Virus record (IMG/VR): IMGVR_UViG_3300032243_002043
Span: 1 to 50,805 of that record
DNA: 50,805 nt
Reading direction: 5' to 3' (one strand)
Source: a virus
Taxonomy: Duplodnaviria > Caudoviricetes
Positions 1 through 9,275 of this stretch are shown here, one piece after another. Position 1 is the stretch's first letter, and each line of letters starts with the position of its first letter. The notes below the pieces were generated by a model, which saw nothing but the letters and a program-made list of their open reading frames with translations, did no database searches and was not told where the DNA came from. The position numbers and the translations under genes were made by a program.

Positions 1-99
1 AATAAATATTATATTAATGGACAAGAAACAACTTTAGATCAAAATGGCTCAGGAACTTGGAACGGTCAAAATTATACAAATGGCATTTTAGATTCATAA
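1..99 (+). CDS. 3' end of a gene truncated by the window edge (..NKYYINGQETTLDQNGSGTWNGQNYTNGILDS*)
   Basis: Frame 1 is open from base 1 to TAA at 97-99, which overlaps the ATG (TAATG) of the next gene. Not in the ORF track. Confidence 0.6.
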   Translation, partial: NKYYINGQETTLDQNGSGTWNGQNYTNGILDS

Positions 100-896
100 T
101 GAAACCTTACATGAGTTATTGGTCTGGTGGATATAGAAAAATCCCAGATAAATTTACAATAAACATGCATAAAGTTTGCGCTTATTTTTTAAAGCAAAAT
201 TTTGGTGAGGTTCATCTTATAACAGATAGCGAAAGTTTATCTTTTTTTAAAAACATTGGCTATACAAGTATCACGACGGATTTAGATGTTGTTCCACATG
301 AATATTCATCTGTTTGGAGCATTAGTAAGCTTTATGCTTATAAAAAAATATCACAAATTGGTGATCCATTTATTCATGTAGATTATGATGTTATTATTTG
401 GGAAAAATTACCAGAAAGAATACTCGAGGCTAATCTTTTCGCTCAAAATTTAGAAAAATATTTTGGGCCGAAAAACTCCACTTATGATTTTTATGAAGTA
501 GAAAATGTTATTAAATATTGCCCAAATCTTCATTTATTATCAAAAGTTCCTAAAATAGACGAAGGCATTAATGTCGGAATTTTAGGAGGAAAAGATTTAG
601 ATTTTATAGAAAAATATGTTGATTTAAGCTTAAATTGGATATTAGATCCAGAAAATAAACAATTTTGGCTTAGCAATTTTTTTTCTAACGCATGGAACAA
701 AGCCGTTATTCCAGAGCAATATTACCTTTCGATTTGCGCCTATTATTATAAAAAGGAATTCGAATTTTTATTTCAAAAATATTGGCCAACACCAGAAGAA
801 TTAAGCACTATAAAATATACTCATCTAATGGGCGAAAAAAGATTAGAAGAAACCCCATTAAAAATAAAAAAATTAGTAGAAAAATTAAACTTGTAA
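99..896 (+). CDS. GT-A fold (GT8-like / DUF6734-like) putative glycosyltransferase, paralog 1
   Basis: Motifs SYWSGG, GEVHLITD, WSISKLYAY, PFIHVDYD (DxD), NVGILGG, EQY, YTHLMGEK. Start moved to ATG 99 (TAATG coupling; aligns with paralog N-termini). Confidence 0.7.
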   Translation: MKPYMSYWSGGYRKIPDKFTINMHKVCAYFLKQNFGEVHLITDSESLSFFKNIGYTSITTDLDVVPHEYSSVWSISKLYAYKKISQIGDPFIHVDYDVIIWEKLPERILEANLFAQNLEKYFGPKNSTYDFYEVENVIKYCPNLHLLSKVPKIDEGINVGILGGKDLDFIEKYVDLSLNWILDPENKQFWLSNFFSNAWNKAVIPEQYYLSICAYYYKKEFEFLFQKYWPTPEELSTIKYTHLMGEKRLEETPLKIKKLVEKLNL

Positions 897-1684
897 TGAA
901 ATTTTACTTATCTTGTTGGAGTTATGGATATTATGGTAAAGATGATGAATTTATAAGAAATTTATATAAATTAAACGCTTATTTACTATTAAATCATTAT
1001 GGAGAAGTTCATTTTATAACAGATAATGACGGAAAAGATAGATTTAAAGACATTCCTTTTTCTTCTGTGGATACATCTTTAGAAATTTTACCAAAAGATT
1101 TAAAAATATTGTGGTCTCTTGGAAAAATATTAGCTTATAATATAATATCTAAAAAAAGAGAACCGTTTATACATCTAGATAACGACGCTTTATTTTTTAA
1201 AAAAATACCAGCACAAATTTTAAATCAAGAAATAATAACTCAACATATAGAACATGGGGCTTATAATTTTTATGAAGCAGAAGATTTTATTGAGAAAATA
1301 CCTAATAAATTTTTTTTAAAAGATAAAAAGATTTCTTATGCTCATAATATGGGTATTTTTGGTGGAAATAATTTAGATTTTATTAAATTTTATAGCAGCA
1401 AGGTGCTTGAATTATGTCTAGATAAAAAAAATTTAAAATTTTTACAAGAAACAAATTTTAAAAAAAGTTTTACTCCTCCATGCATGTCAGAACAATACTC
1501 TATGAGTTTATTGGCCGATATAAAAAATGTAAAAGTTTCTACATTATTTGATTCTTACGAATCTTTCAGCTCAGAAAAATCAAAAGATTTGGGGTTTACT
1601 CATGTTTGGGGCGCAAAAACTACATTAATGAATGAATTAAATGAAAAAATTAAAAATATTATGTTTCATTTAAATATTAAATAA
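896..1684 (+). CDS. GT-A fold (GT8-like / DUF6734-like) putative glycosyltransferase, paralog 2
   Basis: Motifs SCWSYG, GEVHFITD, WSLGKILAY, PFIHLDND, NMGIFGG, EQY, FTHVWGAK. Start moved to ATG 896 (TAATG overlap). Confidence 0.7.
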   Translation: MKFYLSCWSYGYYGKDDEFIRNLYKLNAYLLLNHYGEVHFITDNDGKDRFKDIPFSSVDTSLEILPKDLKILWSLGKILAYNIISKKREPFIHLDNDALFFKKIPAQILNQEIITQHIEHGAYNFYEAEDFIEKIPNKFFLKDKKISYAHNMGIFGGNNLDFIKFYSSKVLELCLDKKNLKFLQETNFKKSFTPPCMSEQYSMSLLADIKNVKVSTLFDSYESFSSEKSKDLGFTHVWGAKTTLMNELNEKIKNIMFHLNIK

Positions 1685-1685
1685 A

Positions 1686-2063
1686 TTATAATCCGTAAGA
1701 TTTGCCTTTGTGTAATATTGCTGTATCTATTTTAATAAATTTTAAAATCCAAGATCCATACCATATAGTAAATTCTTTTTCGGCCCAATCATGAGGGACC
1801 AATGTCCAGTCTATGGCTGATCTAATATCTGATATAGCAGTAAAAGTAGATTCATATCTTCCATTAATTTCTCTAGAAAGATCTATATATTGACTTCCAG
1901 TTAATGAACCAATTGGATTTTCATCTATAAATTTAATTAAATCTAAAATAGTTGAATCTTTAAATATAGGATATTTTTTTTGAAATTCTGATAATCCCCA
2001 AGGATTATGTATTTGAATACCATTGTTGTTTATATAATAAGCTGAACCGCGAGACTCTTCCAT
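1686..2063 (-). CDS. hypothetical protein, the only credible minus-strand gene
   Basis: 125-aa ORF exactly filling the gap between GT paralogs 2 and 3. A minus-strand GTGTAAT motif lies 7 nt upstream of its ATG. Confidence 0.7.
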   Translation of the reverse strand: MEESRGSAYYINNNGIQIHNPWGLSEFQKKYPIFKDSTILDLIKFIDENPIGSLTGSQYIDLSREINGRYESTFTAISDIRSAIDWTLVPHDWAEKEFTIWYGSWILKFIKIDTAILHKGKSYGL

Positions 2064-2069
2064 GAGTCT

Positions 2070-2093
2070 AATTACACAAATTTTTGTGTAATT
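2070..2093. promoter_or_regulatory. palindromic pair of divergent GTGTAAT elements
   Basis: AATTACACAAA-TT-TTTGTGTAATT is a perfect 11-bp inverted repeat. Each arm carries GTGTAAT, 7 and 8 nt before the divergent ATGs at 2063 (-) and 2101 (+). Confidence 0.7.
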
Positions 2094-2100
2094 CCATGAG

Positions 2101-2976
2101 ATGAAACCAAACCTTGTTCTTTGGACAAAATCTATCGGTCCATTAAGAGAAAATCATGCTAAAATTAAACAAAAAAAGGGAAAATGCTGGGAGTCTACGA
2201 TTTTTTGGGACGAAGACGAAAATATTCTTAATGTATATAAAATATCTGCGAATTTACTTTTAAAAATATATGGGGAGGCTAATTTAATAACAGATTTTGA
2301 AGGCGCAAAACTTCTAAAAGATATTCGATTTACAAAAGTTGATACTTATTTAGAAGATTTACCTATTAATTGTAATAAAGCATGGAGTCTAGGTAAAGTT
2401 TATGCTTGTAAAATTTTAGCAGAAGAAAAAAAACCTTTTTTTATAATTGATCCAGACACATTTCTTACAAAAAAATTGCCTCAAAAACTAAATGATGCTG
2501 GTGTTTTCGCGCAAAATTTAGAATATTCAGCTTTTTATGATTATCAAGTTTTTGAATTTTTTAATTCAATAAAAAATAAATACATTTTAGAAGAAAAACT
2601 TCCACTCAGTGCTTATAATTGTGCTATTTTAGGAGGCAATGATTTTGATTTTTTTAAATTTTATACGAAATCTGTTTTCGAAATTTTATTAGACGAAGAG
2701 AATTTGAATAATATAAAAAATCATGATTATAAATCGTATTCGGCTCCAACGTGGATTCTAGAGCAATATTTATTAAATCTATGTGCAGAAATAACTTGTA
2801 AAAAAATTGAGACTTTAGTAAATTTGGAAGATAGGAAACATTATAATATTAATCAAAATTTGCAAATTTTACATAAAAGATTTCCACCTGGTTATTTTCA
2901 TTTGCATGATCAGAAAAAACTGGTAAATGGAATATTTTTTCCATTTTTAACTAGTTTCGGTAAAATACTTAATTAA
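2101..2976 (+). CDS. GT-A fold putative glycosyltransferase, paralog 3 (divergent motifs)
   Basis: Motifs GEANLITD, WSLGKVYA, PFFIIDPD, NCAILGG, EQY, YFHLHDQK. Confidence 0.65.
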   Translation: MKPNLVLWTKSIGPLRENHAKIKQKKGKCWESTIFWDEDENILNVYKISANLLLKIYGEANLITDFEGAKLLKDIRFTKVDTYLEDLPINCNKAWSLGKVYACKILAEEKKPFFIIDPDTFLTKKLPQKLNDAGVFAQNLEYSAFYDYQVFEFFNSIKNKYILEEKLPLSAYNCAILGGNDFDFFKFYTKSVFEILLDEENLNNIKNHDYKSYSAPTWILEQYLLNLCAEITCKKIETLVNLEDRKHYNINQNLQILHKRFPPGYFHLHDQKKLVNGIFFPFLTSFGKILN

Positions 2977-2979
2977 AAT

Positions 2980-3840
2980 ATGAAACCAGTGATGTCTTTA
3001 TGGTCAGGCGGTGGTCATTTTCAATCTAATATTTTTTCAAAATCTGCTTCCATAAAAAATCATTATTTTAATTTAAATCTGTATAAAGTTTGTGCGTTGG
3101 CGTTGTTGAGATTGTATGGAGAAGTTCATTTGGTTACTGATAAGAGAGGCGCTATTTTTTTGAAAAAAATTCCTTTTACGACGGTTGATACATCTCTTGA
3201 AAATCTACCAAAAAATATTGATATATTATGGAGTCTGGGAAAAATTTATACTTATAAAATAATGGCAGATAAAGGGGAACCGTTTTTTCATGTAGATCAC
3301 GACTTAATACTTGGCTCAAAATTACCTGAAGATTTTATTAATTCAGAAGTTTTTGCTAGCCATCAGGAATATAAAGCTTTTTGGGAATACGAAGTTAGAG
3401 AATTTTATAATACAATAATTAATAAATATTATATGAAAAATATTTTACCAGAAATTGCTTATAATACTTGTATATTTGGGGGCACAGATCTTGAATTTAT
3501 TAAACATTATAGCTCAGAAGTAATGAGATTAAGTTTAAACGAAAAAAATATCAAAGCTATTCAAAATCATTCATTTCCAAGATCTTGGTCACCGGCTTGT
3601 ATTATAGAACAATATAGTTTGTCAAGTATTTCTGCGCTTAAAAATAAAAATATAACTACATTATTAAATGTTTCTGAGAAGGAGTATAATACAACATTCT
3701 CAAATAATACACTAGACGAAATGTTAGACAAAAAATTTAAAGAATTAAATTGCTTCCATTTAATGGGCAAAAAATTTTCGAAAGAAGATTCAGAAGAAAA
3801 AAAATTTATTAATACTGTAGGTCAAAAAGTTTTTAATTAA
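2980..3840 (+). CDS. GT-A fold putative glycosyltransferase, paralog 4
   Basis: Motifs SLWSGG, GEVHLVTD, WSLGKIYTY, PFFHVDHD, NTCIFGG, EQY, CFHLMGKK. Confidence 0.7.
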   Translation: MKPVMSLWSGGGHFQSNIFSKSASIKNHYFNLNLYKVCALALLRLYGEVHLVTDKRGAIFLKKIPFTTVDTSLENLPKNIDILWSLGKIYTYKIMADKGEPFFHVDHDLILGSKLPEDFINSEVFASHQEYKAFWEYEVREFYNTIINKYYMKNILPEIAYNTCIFGGTDLEFIKHYSSEVMRLSLNEKNIKAIQNHSFPRSWSPACIIEQYSLSSISALKNKNITTLLNVSEKEYNTTFSNNTLDEMLDKKFKELNCFHLMGKKFSKEDSEEKKFINTVGQKVFN

Positions 3841-3870
3841 TTTAGTATTTTACATATAATATAAAAATAA

Positions 3871-4710
3871 ATGAAAATAAAAAAAGCTTATTTTTCTTAT
3901 TGGAGTGGTGGTTATTTTAATTGGAAAAAGACTAATTTTTCTTTAGAAAATAAAATAAATAATAAAAAATTAAAAGATAAATTCGTTGAAAATACTTTAA
4001 CTTTAGCTGTTTCCAGAGCCAAGCAGCACTTTTCTGAAGTACATATGATTACTGACGAAGAATCGGCTGACATATTTAAAAAATTTAACTTTGATTCTGT
4101 TACGACAGGTTTAGAAAGAATACCTAAAGATTATACAGCTGTTTGGTCGATAAGTAAATTATATGCTTATAAATTAATATGTTTGAGAGGGGATCCATTT
4201 ATTCATATTGATAATGATGTTTTTTTGTGGAAAAATATACCTGATGATATTACTAATGCTCCAATTTTTGCCCAAAGTAGGGAGCCAGTTCATCTTTTCG
4301 GCTATAGATTAGATGATTTCTATAAAAATTGCCCTAAAAAATATTTAGCATCAGAAGTGCCTAAGTTAAAATTTGCTCCTAACGTTGGTATAGTAGGCGG
4401 ACATGATCTTACTTTCTTTTATAATTATGCTTCTAGTGGATTAAATATGATTTTAGATCCAATTAATAAAAAATATTGGACGTCTCATAAAGGACTAGTT
4501 TCTTGGAGAAAAGCTGTTATTGGCGAGCAATATTATTTAGGAATTGCGGCGAAATATTATAATAAAGATATTAAATATTACTTCAACAATGACGAAGATT
4601 TTTATAAAGTAGCCATGAGAGGATATACGCATTTGATGGGAGCGAAATATGGCCTTTTTATGAAAGATAAAATGAGTTTTTTAGCAGACAAATTAAATTT
4701 TCTGGTGTAA
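3871..4710 (+). CDS. GT-A fold putative glycosyltransferase, paralog 5
   Basis: Motifs SYWSGG, EVHMITD, WSISKLYAY, PFIHIDND, NVGIVGG, EQY, YTHLMGAK. Confidence 0.7.
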   Translation: MKIKKAYFSYWSGGYFNWKKTNFSLENKINNKKLKDKFVENTLTLAVSRAKQHFSEVHMITDEESADIFKKFNFDSVTTGLERIPKDYTAVWSISKLYAYKLICLRGDPFIHIDNDVFLWKNIPDDITNAPIFAQSREPVHLFGYRLDDFYKNCPKKYLASEVPKLKFAPNVGIVGGHDLTFFYNYASSGLNMILDPINKKYWTSHKGLVSWRKAVIGEQYYLGIAAKYYNKDIKYYFNNDEDFYKVAMRGYTHLMGAKYGLFMKDKMSFLADKLNFLV

Positions 4711-4711
4711 T
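4705..4711 (+). promoter_or_regulatory. GTGTAAT candidate late promoter element
   Basis: Recurrent motif, 14 nt upstream of the GTG start at 4726. Confidence 0.5.
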
Positions 4712-4725
4712 CGATTAATATATAA

Positions 4726-6453
4726 GTGAATGTTTTAAAGTCAAATACGACAAATTATTATAACCATGGCATGGTGGGCCCAAGTGGGCCTCAAGCTAAT
4801 TATGCATTGGTATACGATAAAATAGATAATATTCCAGGGCAAGAAGTAAATTCTTTGCTAGATGCTTCTATTCTTAGAGATATAAAAAATTTACTTATAA
4901 CTAATATATCAAAAAAACAAAGCGGAAATGATCAAGTAAATTTAAATTCAAATTTATGGACCAAGCTTAACGATCATGAAGCTTCTAAAATTTCTATATT
5001 TAATGATACTGATGAAACCATCGAAATTAAGCAAACCGAAGTGCCATGTTTAAAAAATTATGATCATTCTACAACATTTAAATTGGATTTAACATCTAGC
5101 GTTGGTTCTGGAGTCAATGTCAATTATCCCGGATGGGGAGATTTTAGAACTGTGTTTAATATTGATTTTCAAATTTCAAATTATCCAATAGTTTCAAGAA
5201 ATACTTATTCTTATTTAAAATTACCAATTGATTACGAAACTAAGGAGTGGGAATTATCTTTTGATATAAAAACAGATGCTCCACAAGGATGGTCTGGGTG
5301 GCATCCAAATTGGGGTTTGGGAGGAGGATATTTTGTCAATGCATTTAATTCTTGGGAAAACAAACCAAGTCCAATAGGTCTTTTGCCTTATTCACTTTCT
5401 ACATTTGATGTAGGAGGCTCCACACGAACTCCTTCAAATACCTCGAATGGAGAATTAGGGCCGAATGGATATACTCTATTTATATCGGATCCAAAAGTAA
5501 GATCTTCAGAAATAGCTAACGCCCTATATCCAAATTTTGGTATTACCGGCGCCTATTTTTCTGGAGGAGGCACTATTACGTCTAGCGGGACTTATAATCT
5601 TGTGTTAATGACAAGCGGGTTAGATACAAATAATTCAAATTTAAACGTAAGATTAGGTATTAGCCCTCCTGGATATTGGTTTTATCAGACTGGATTATTA
5701 AAAGAAAATATTCAAACAATTAGTGTAAGACAAGCTAATCTTTTGGGCCAAACTAATCCAGTTAATCAATATGTAGATTTATTATTAGAAGTAGAAAGAG
5801 AATTTCCAGATGGATTAGGAGGAAAAACCAAAGAGTACATCCCTAGAGAATGGGGCAGACTTTATAAAAATGGCTCTAATCCTATAGCGTGGAGCAATTT
5901 TTTCCCAATTGGAAGATACCCCCGCGAAAACTATTGGAATTATAGCCCAGAACTTGGGGACATTAATTCGTTACAAGGTGCAAAATCTAGAACAATATCT
6001 TTATATTATGGGGAAAATTTATTAAAGACTACAAGTATTAGTTTAGATAATTATTATAATTATAATGAGAAAACTAAAGTCGTTTTTGCACAAAAAGGCG
6101 GTAATTTTGGAGTTTATTTGCAAAATAAATCTAATAATTATGATCTTGTATTAGAGTATTACGACAGATATTATTATGCCAAATCAAAAGTCGGAAAATT
6201 TTTAGGTTTTGGTAGTGTTATAAGAAGCGGCGCATATGCTTATCATAATATAAGCAATGCGTATTTAAATAATAAAAAATTAGATTTAAATTCTCAACAG
6301 TCTATAACGGATTATTTCTTATCTTCAAGTATACCTTCGATAAAAATATATCCTAATACAGCTATTGATATGCAAATTTCAAATACAAATCAAATTTTTA
6401 TTTATAACAGCGGATCTTCTGCAAAAAATATAAAATATCGATGGGAAAATTAA
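4726..6453 (+). CDS. putative virion protein with an L-type lectin/concanavalin-like central region
   Basis: 575 aa, aromatic/Gly-rich. WELSFDI..NGYTLF..GFGS..HNI resembles a legume-lectin beta-sandwich. Short GPSGPQ collagen-like stretch near the N-terminus. Confidence 0.45.
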   Translation: MNVLKSNTTNYYNHGMVGPSGPQANYALVYDKIDNIPGQEVNSLLDASILRDIKNLLITNISKKQSGNDQVNLNSNLWTKLNDHEASKISIFNDTDETIEIKQTEVPCLKNYDHSTTFKLDLTSSVGSGVNVNYPGWGDFRTVFNIDFQISNYPIVSRNTYSYLKLPIDYETKEWELSFDIKTDAPQGWSGWHPNWGLGGGYFVNAFNSWENKPSPIGLLPYSLSTFDVGGSTRTPSNTSNGELGPNGYTLFISDPKVRSSEIANALYPNFGITGAYFSGGGTITSSGTYNLVLMTSGLDTNNSNLNVRLGISPPGYWFYQTGLLKENIQTISVRQANLLGQTNPVNQYVDLLLEVEREFPDGLGGKTKEYIPREWGRLYKNGSNPIAWSNFFPIGRYPRENYWNYSPELGDINSLQGAKSRTISLYYGENLLKTTSISLDNYYNYNEKTKVVFAQKGGNFGVYLQNKSNNYDLVLEYYDRYYYAKSKVGKFLGFGSVIRSGAYAYHNISNAYLNNKKLDLNSQQSITDYFLSSSIPSIKIYPNTAIDMQISNTNQIFIYNSGSSAKNIKYRWEN

Positions 6454-6457
6454 GGCT

Positions 6458-7798
6458 ATGGCTATATATACCATAAAAACCTTAACGGAAAATGATTTAC
6501 CAAACCCATTAATATCAAAAGATAATTATACGACGATTGTGCCATCTGATAATATCTACGAGAATGGCAAAAAATTAATAAATCTTTGCGAAGAAAATAA
6601 AAACAAAAAAGATTATACCATATTTCTTTTGCCAGGGACTTATGATTTAAGCGGGAAAAATATTGCATTAAATGGATCTTGCAGGTTAATTGGATTAGCA
6701 GATGATAACGATTTAGTAAAGATCCAAAGTTATTTTTCTGGTAAAGGATCTGGAGTTATACACGAAGAGAATGGGAATGCTTGTTTAAATAATTTAAGTA
6801 TCGAAAATATTTTTACAGGAATAGAAAATTACTGGATTCAACCTACTCATGATTTAGAAAATGGAACTATCAATAATACTCTTAAAAATAATCCATTCGT
6901 TCGATCAGCTTTTTCTAGTAATACAAGAGTTATGTTTGCTAGCGGAAATAACGATAATAATAAAATACTTTTTGAAAAAAAATATATTTATGATAATGAT
7001 CTAGGAAAGTATAGAATTGCATTTCAAGAAATAACAAAAGAGAAAAGTAATAGTTGTAGATATATCGTTCAAAGCGAACCTACTGAAATAGAAAAAAATA
7101 TTTTAAATTTAAATGATTATAAAACAGAAACATCTTTTTTGCAATCTAATTTGCAAATTTTTTCTATAGGTATTTGGAAATTAGTTTCTGGAGTTTTAAA
7201 CGGCAATTCTTTAAGCATAAATTCTACTATAGCCGTAGAAAATCCAAAATTAAATAATAATTATAATCCATTAAGTAATAGATCATTAAAATATACGATA
7301 CAAGGTTGGCCTTGGTTGGTCAAAAATTGGGTATTAGCAGGTATAACTCCTATGACTGCGTGTCCCTCGGGAGTAATTTTAGGAAAAAAAACTTCATATA
7401 TCAAAAATGTTAATTTCTTGAGAGGCCCTCAATCTTTAAGCATGAATGCTCCTTCTTATTATGGCGGAGATTATATAGATTGCCAAGCGGCAGAGTGTTC
7501 TTTTGGCGGAAATGGTGGGTTTTTGGAAGGGAATTTTATTAATTGCCAAAGCCTTTCGAACAGTTTTGCTCCGCAATATCATAGATCAGGATCAATAGGT
7601 ATCAGGAATTTTAAAATGCAGAATTGTTATTCTGAAGCTTACAGCTTTGGATCTTTAGGAGCTCTTGAAAGCGGAGTAATGAAAGATTGTACGGCAGGAA
7701 AAAGAGATTTTAATATTCAAACATCAGAAATAGGAGAAGTTAAAGATGATGTGATGATACTTAACTTAACTCAAGTGGGCAAAACAGGATGGTTTTAA
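6458..7798 (+). CDS. putative parallel beta-helix virion protein (tailspike/adhesin-like)
   Basis: TIFLLPGTYDL is a typical beta-helix cap motif. The C-terminus has F-x-N/D-C..SFG rung-like repeats. Confidence 0.5.
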   Translation: MAIYTIKTLTENDLPNPLISKDNYTTIVPSDNIYENGKKLINLCEENKNKKDYTIFLLPGTYDLSGKNIALNGSCRLIGLADDNDLVKIQSYFSGKGSGVIHEENGNACLNNLSIENIFTGIENYWIQPTHDLENGTINNTLKNNPFVRSAFSSNTRVMFASGNNDNNKILFEKKYIYDNDLGKYRIAFQEITKEKSNSCRYIVQSEPTEIEKNILNLNDYKTETSFLQSNLQIFSIGIWKLVSGVLNGNSLSINSTIAVENPKLNNNYNPLSNRSLKYTIQGWPWLVKNWVLAGITPMTACPSGVILGKKTSYIKNVNFLRGPQSLSMNAPSYYGGDYIDCQAAECSFGGNGGFLEGNFINCQSLSNSFAPQYHRSGSIGIRNFKMQNCYSEAYSFGSLGALESGVMKDCTAGKRDFNIQTSEIGEVKDDVMILNLTQVGKTGWF

Positions 7799-7801
7799 TA
7801 T

Positions 7802-8146
7802 ATGAATGAGAAAATAAATATTATTAATTTAAATAATTCTGGAGAAAAAGTCTTTTTTTCAATTAAAAATTTTGAAGGAATAAAGCCATCAATTGAAATG
7901 AGTGGCATAGAAAATATTAATTTAGGAAATGCAAAAAATATATATATAAATAATAATCAATACAAAGAAATAAATGCAGGCCAAAACGGAGGCAAAATAA
8001 TCGGAAATATTCAAGCACAAGAATTCATTAATACTAACCTATCAGATGTTCATAGTAATGGAATTTATGTAAATGGAATAAAATTTATCCCAGATTATAT
8101 AATTATAGAAGGCGTTACTAAAATGGTTTTAGTTGCGGAAGAATAA
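7802..8146 (+). CDS. small hypothetical protein sharing a G-I-x-(V/I)-(N/G)-G motif with the collagen fibre at 47312
   Basis: C-terminal NGIYVNGIKFIP..VLVA resembles [16 protein letters not shown] in 47312..49108. Confidence 0.55.
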   Translation: MNEKINIINLNNSGEKVFFSIKNFEGIKPSIEMSGIENINLGNAKNIYINNNQYKEINAGQNGGKIIGNIQAQEFINTNLSDVHSNGIYVNGIKFIPDYIIIEGVTKMVLVAEE

Positions 8147-8172
8147 AAAATTTTATTTTTTTTCATATTTTA

Positions 8173-8185
8173 TGTATAATGTATT
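8173..8185 (+). promoter_or_regulatory. TATAAT -10 element with probable leaderless transcript
   Basis: TATAAT at 8175-8180, only 5 nt before ATG 8186, with no SD sequence. A T-rich tract lies upstream. Confidence 0.45.
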
Positions 8186-8608
8186 ATGTTAAAAGCATAC
8201 TGCACAAAATGCGGACATCCAAACGCTTACAATTTAACAAAACCAAAATATTGCATAAATTGTGGTGCTAAATTTAATGATTTGACTGAAAAACATCAGT
8301 CTGTTTCGAATGTTGATCAAAACACGAACAAAAGCTTAGAAGAAAAAGGCGATTATTCAGATATAGATTATGTTCCTAATATTAATAAATTAGATTTTGA
8401 GTTTGTGCAAAATAAAAGAGACTCGGTAACAATTAAAGATGTGATAGGTACTTCAGAAGGAATCCAATCTACCTCGAATAATATTAAAATTGATAACCCA
8501 ATAAAACAATCAAATAATAAAACCTTTTTAGAATCATTTAAAGAGGAAGCGGGTGCGATTAAGCCAAAAAATAGAAATTTTAAAAATAATGCCAATAAAA
8601 AAGGTTAA
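8186..8608 (+). CDS. zinc-ribbon protein
   Basis: N-terminal YCTKCG-x(12)-CINCG. The remainder is low complexity. Confidence 0.75.
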   Translation: MLKAYCTKCGHPNAYNLTKPKYCINCGAKFNDLTEKHQSVSNVDQNTNKSLEEKGDYSDIDYVPNINKLDFEFVQNKRDSVTIKDVIGTSEGIQSTSNNIKIDNPIKQSNNKTFLESFKEEAGAIKPKNRNFKNNANKKG

Positions 8609-9275
8609 ATTTGAAGATAGCATAGATTTAATTAATTTAGAAATTTCTAAAAGAAGAAATAAATGGAATTTATCTGCAATAAATTGGATGGATTTTAATG
8701 ATGTATCTCAAATTTTGAGAATACATATTTATAAGAAATGGCACATGTATAATTCATCAAAAAGATTGGCCCCATGGATTAATAGAATTATAAGCAATCA
8801 GATAAGAAATTTAATAAGAAATCATTATAGCAATTTTGCAAGACCATGTCTTAAATGCTCTGCTGCTCAAGATGAAGACGGCTGTTTGATATACGAAAAA
8901 CAATGTAGCGCCTGTCCATTGTATAATAAATGGCTTAAAAATAAAAAAAATGCATTTGATACAAAATTGACTCTTAGCATGGAAAATCATAGCAATGAAA
9001 TATCTCAACTCCCAATTACTTCTAGCGTCAACCTTGATGAATCAGCCAAAAATATTCATCAAAAAATGGAAGCAGTTTTAAAAGGTTCAGAGTGGAGACT
9101 TTATAAATGTTTATATATTGATAATAGGTCAGAAGATGAAGCAGCTAAAGTTCTAGGTTATAAAACTACAGAAAGAAACAGATCCGCTGGTTACAAACAA
9201 ATTAAAAATTTAAAAAAATCAATTTTAATTAAAGTAAAAAAATATTTATATAATGGAGAAATCGACATTTCATGA
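8589..9275 (+). CDS. phage sigma70-family (ECF-sized) sigma factor with Cys-rich insertion
   Basis: Region-2-like DVSQILRIHIYKKWHMY..LAPWINRIISNQIRNLIR and region-4 HTH-like SEDEAAKVLGY, separated by CLKC..C..CSAC. Likely start is ATG 8589. Confidence 0.7.
   Translation: MPIKKVKFEDSIDLINLEISKRRNKWNLSAINWMDFNDVSQILRIHIYKKWHMYNSSKRLAPWINRIISNQIRNLIRNHYSNFARPCLKCSAAQDEDGCLIYEKQCSACPLYNKWLKNKKNAFDTKLTLSMENHSNEISQLPITSSVNLDESAKNIHQKMEAVLKGSEWRLYKCLYIDNRSEDEAAKVLGYKTTERNRSAGYKQIKNLKKSILIKVKKYLYNGEIDIS

Noticed and set aside
3832-3860. TTTAAT-17-TATAAT promoter before GT paralog 5
   Set aside because: The -35 is weak and TATAAT is frequent by chance in such AT-rich DNA. Plausible, but not supportable enough to list as a feature.
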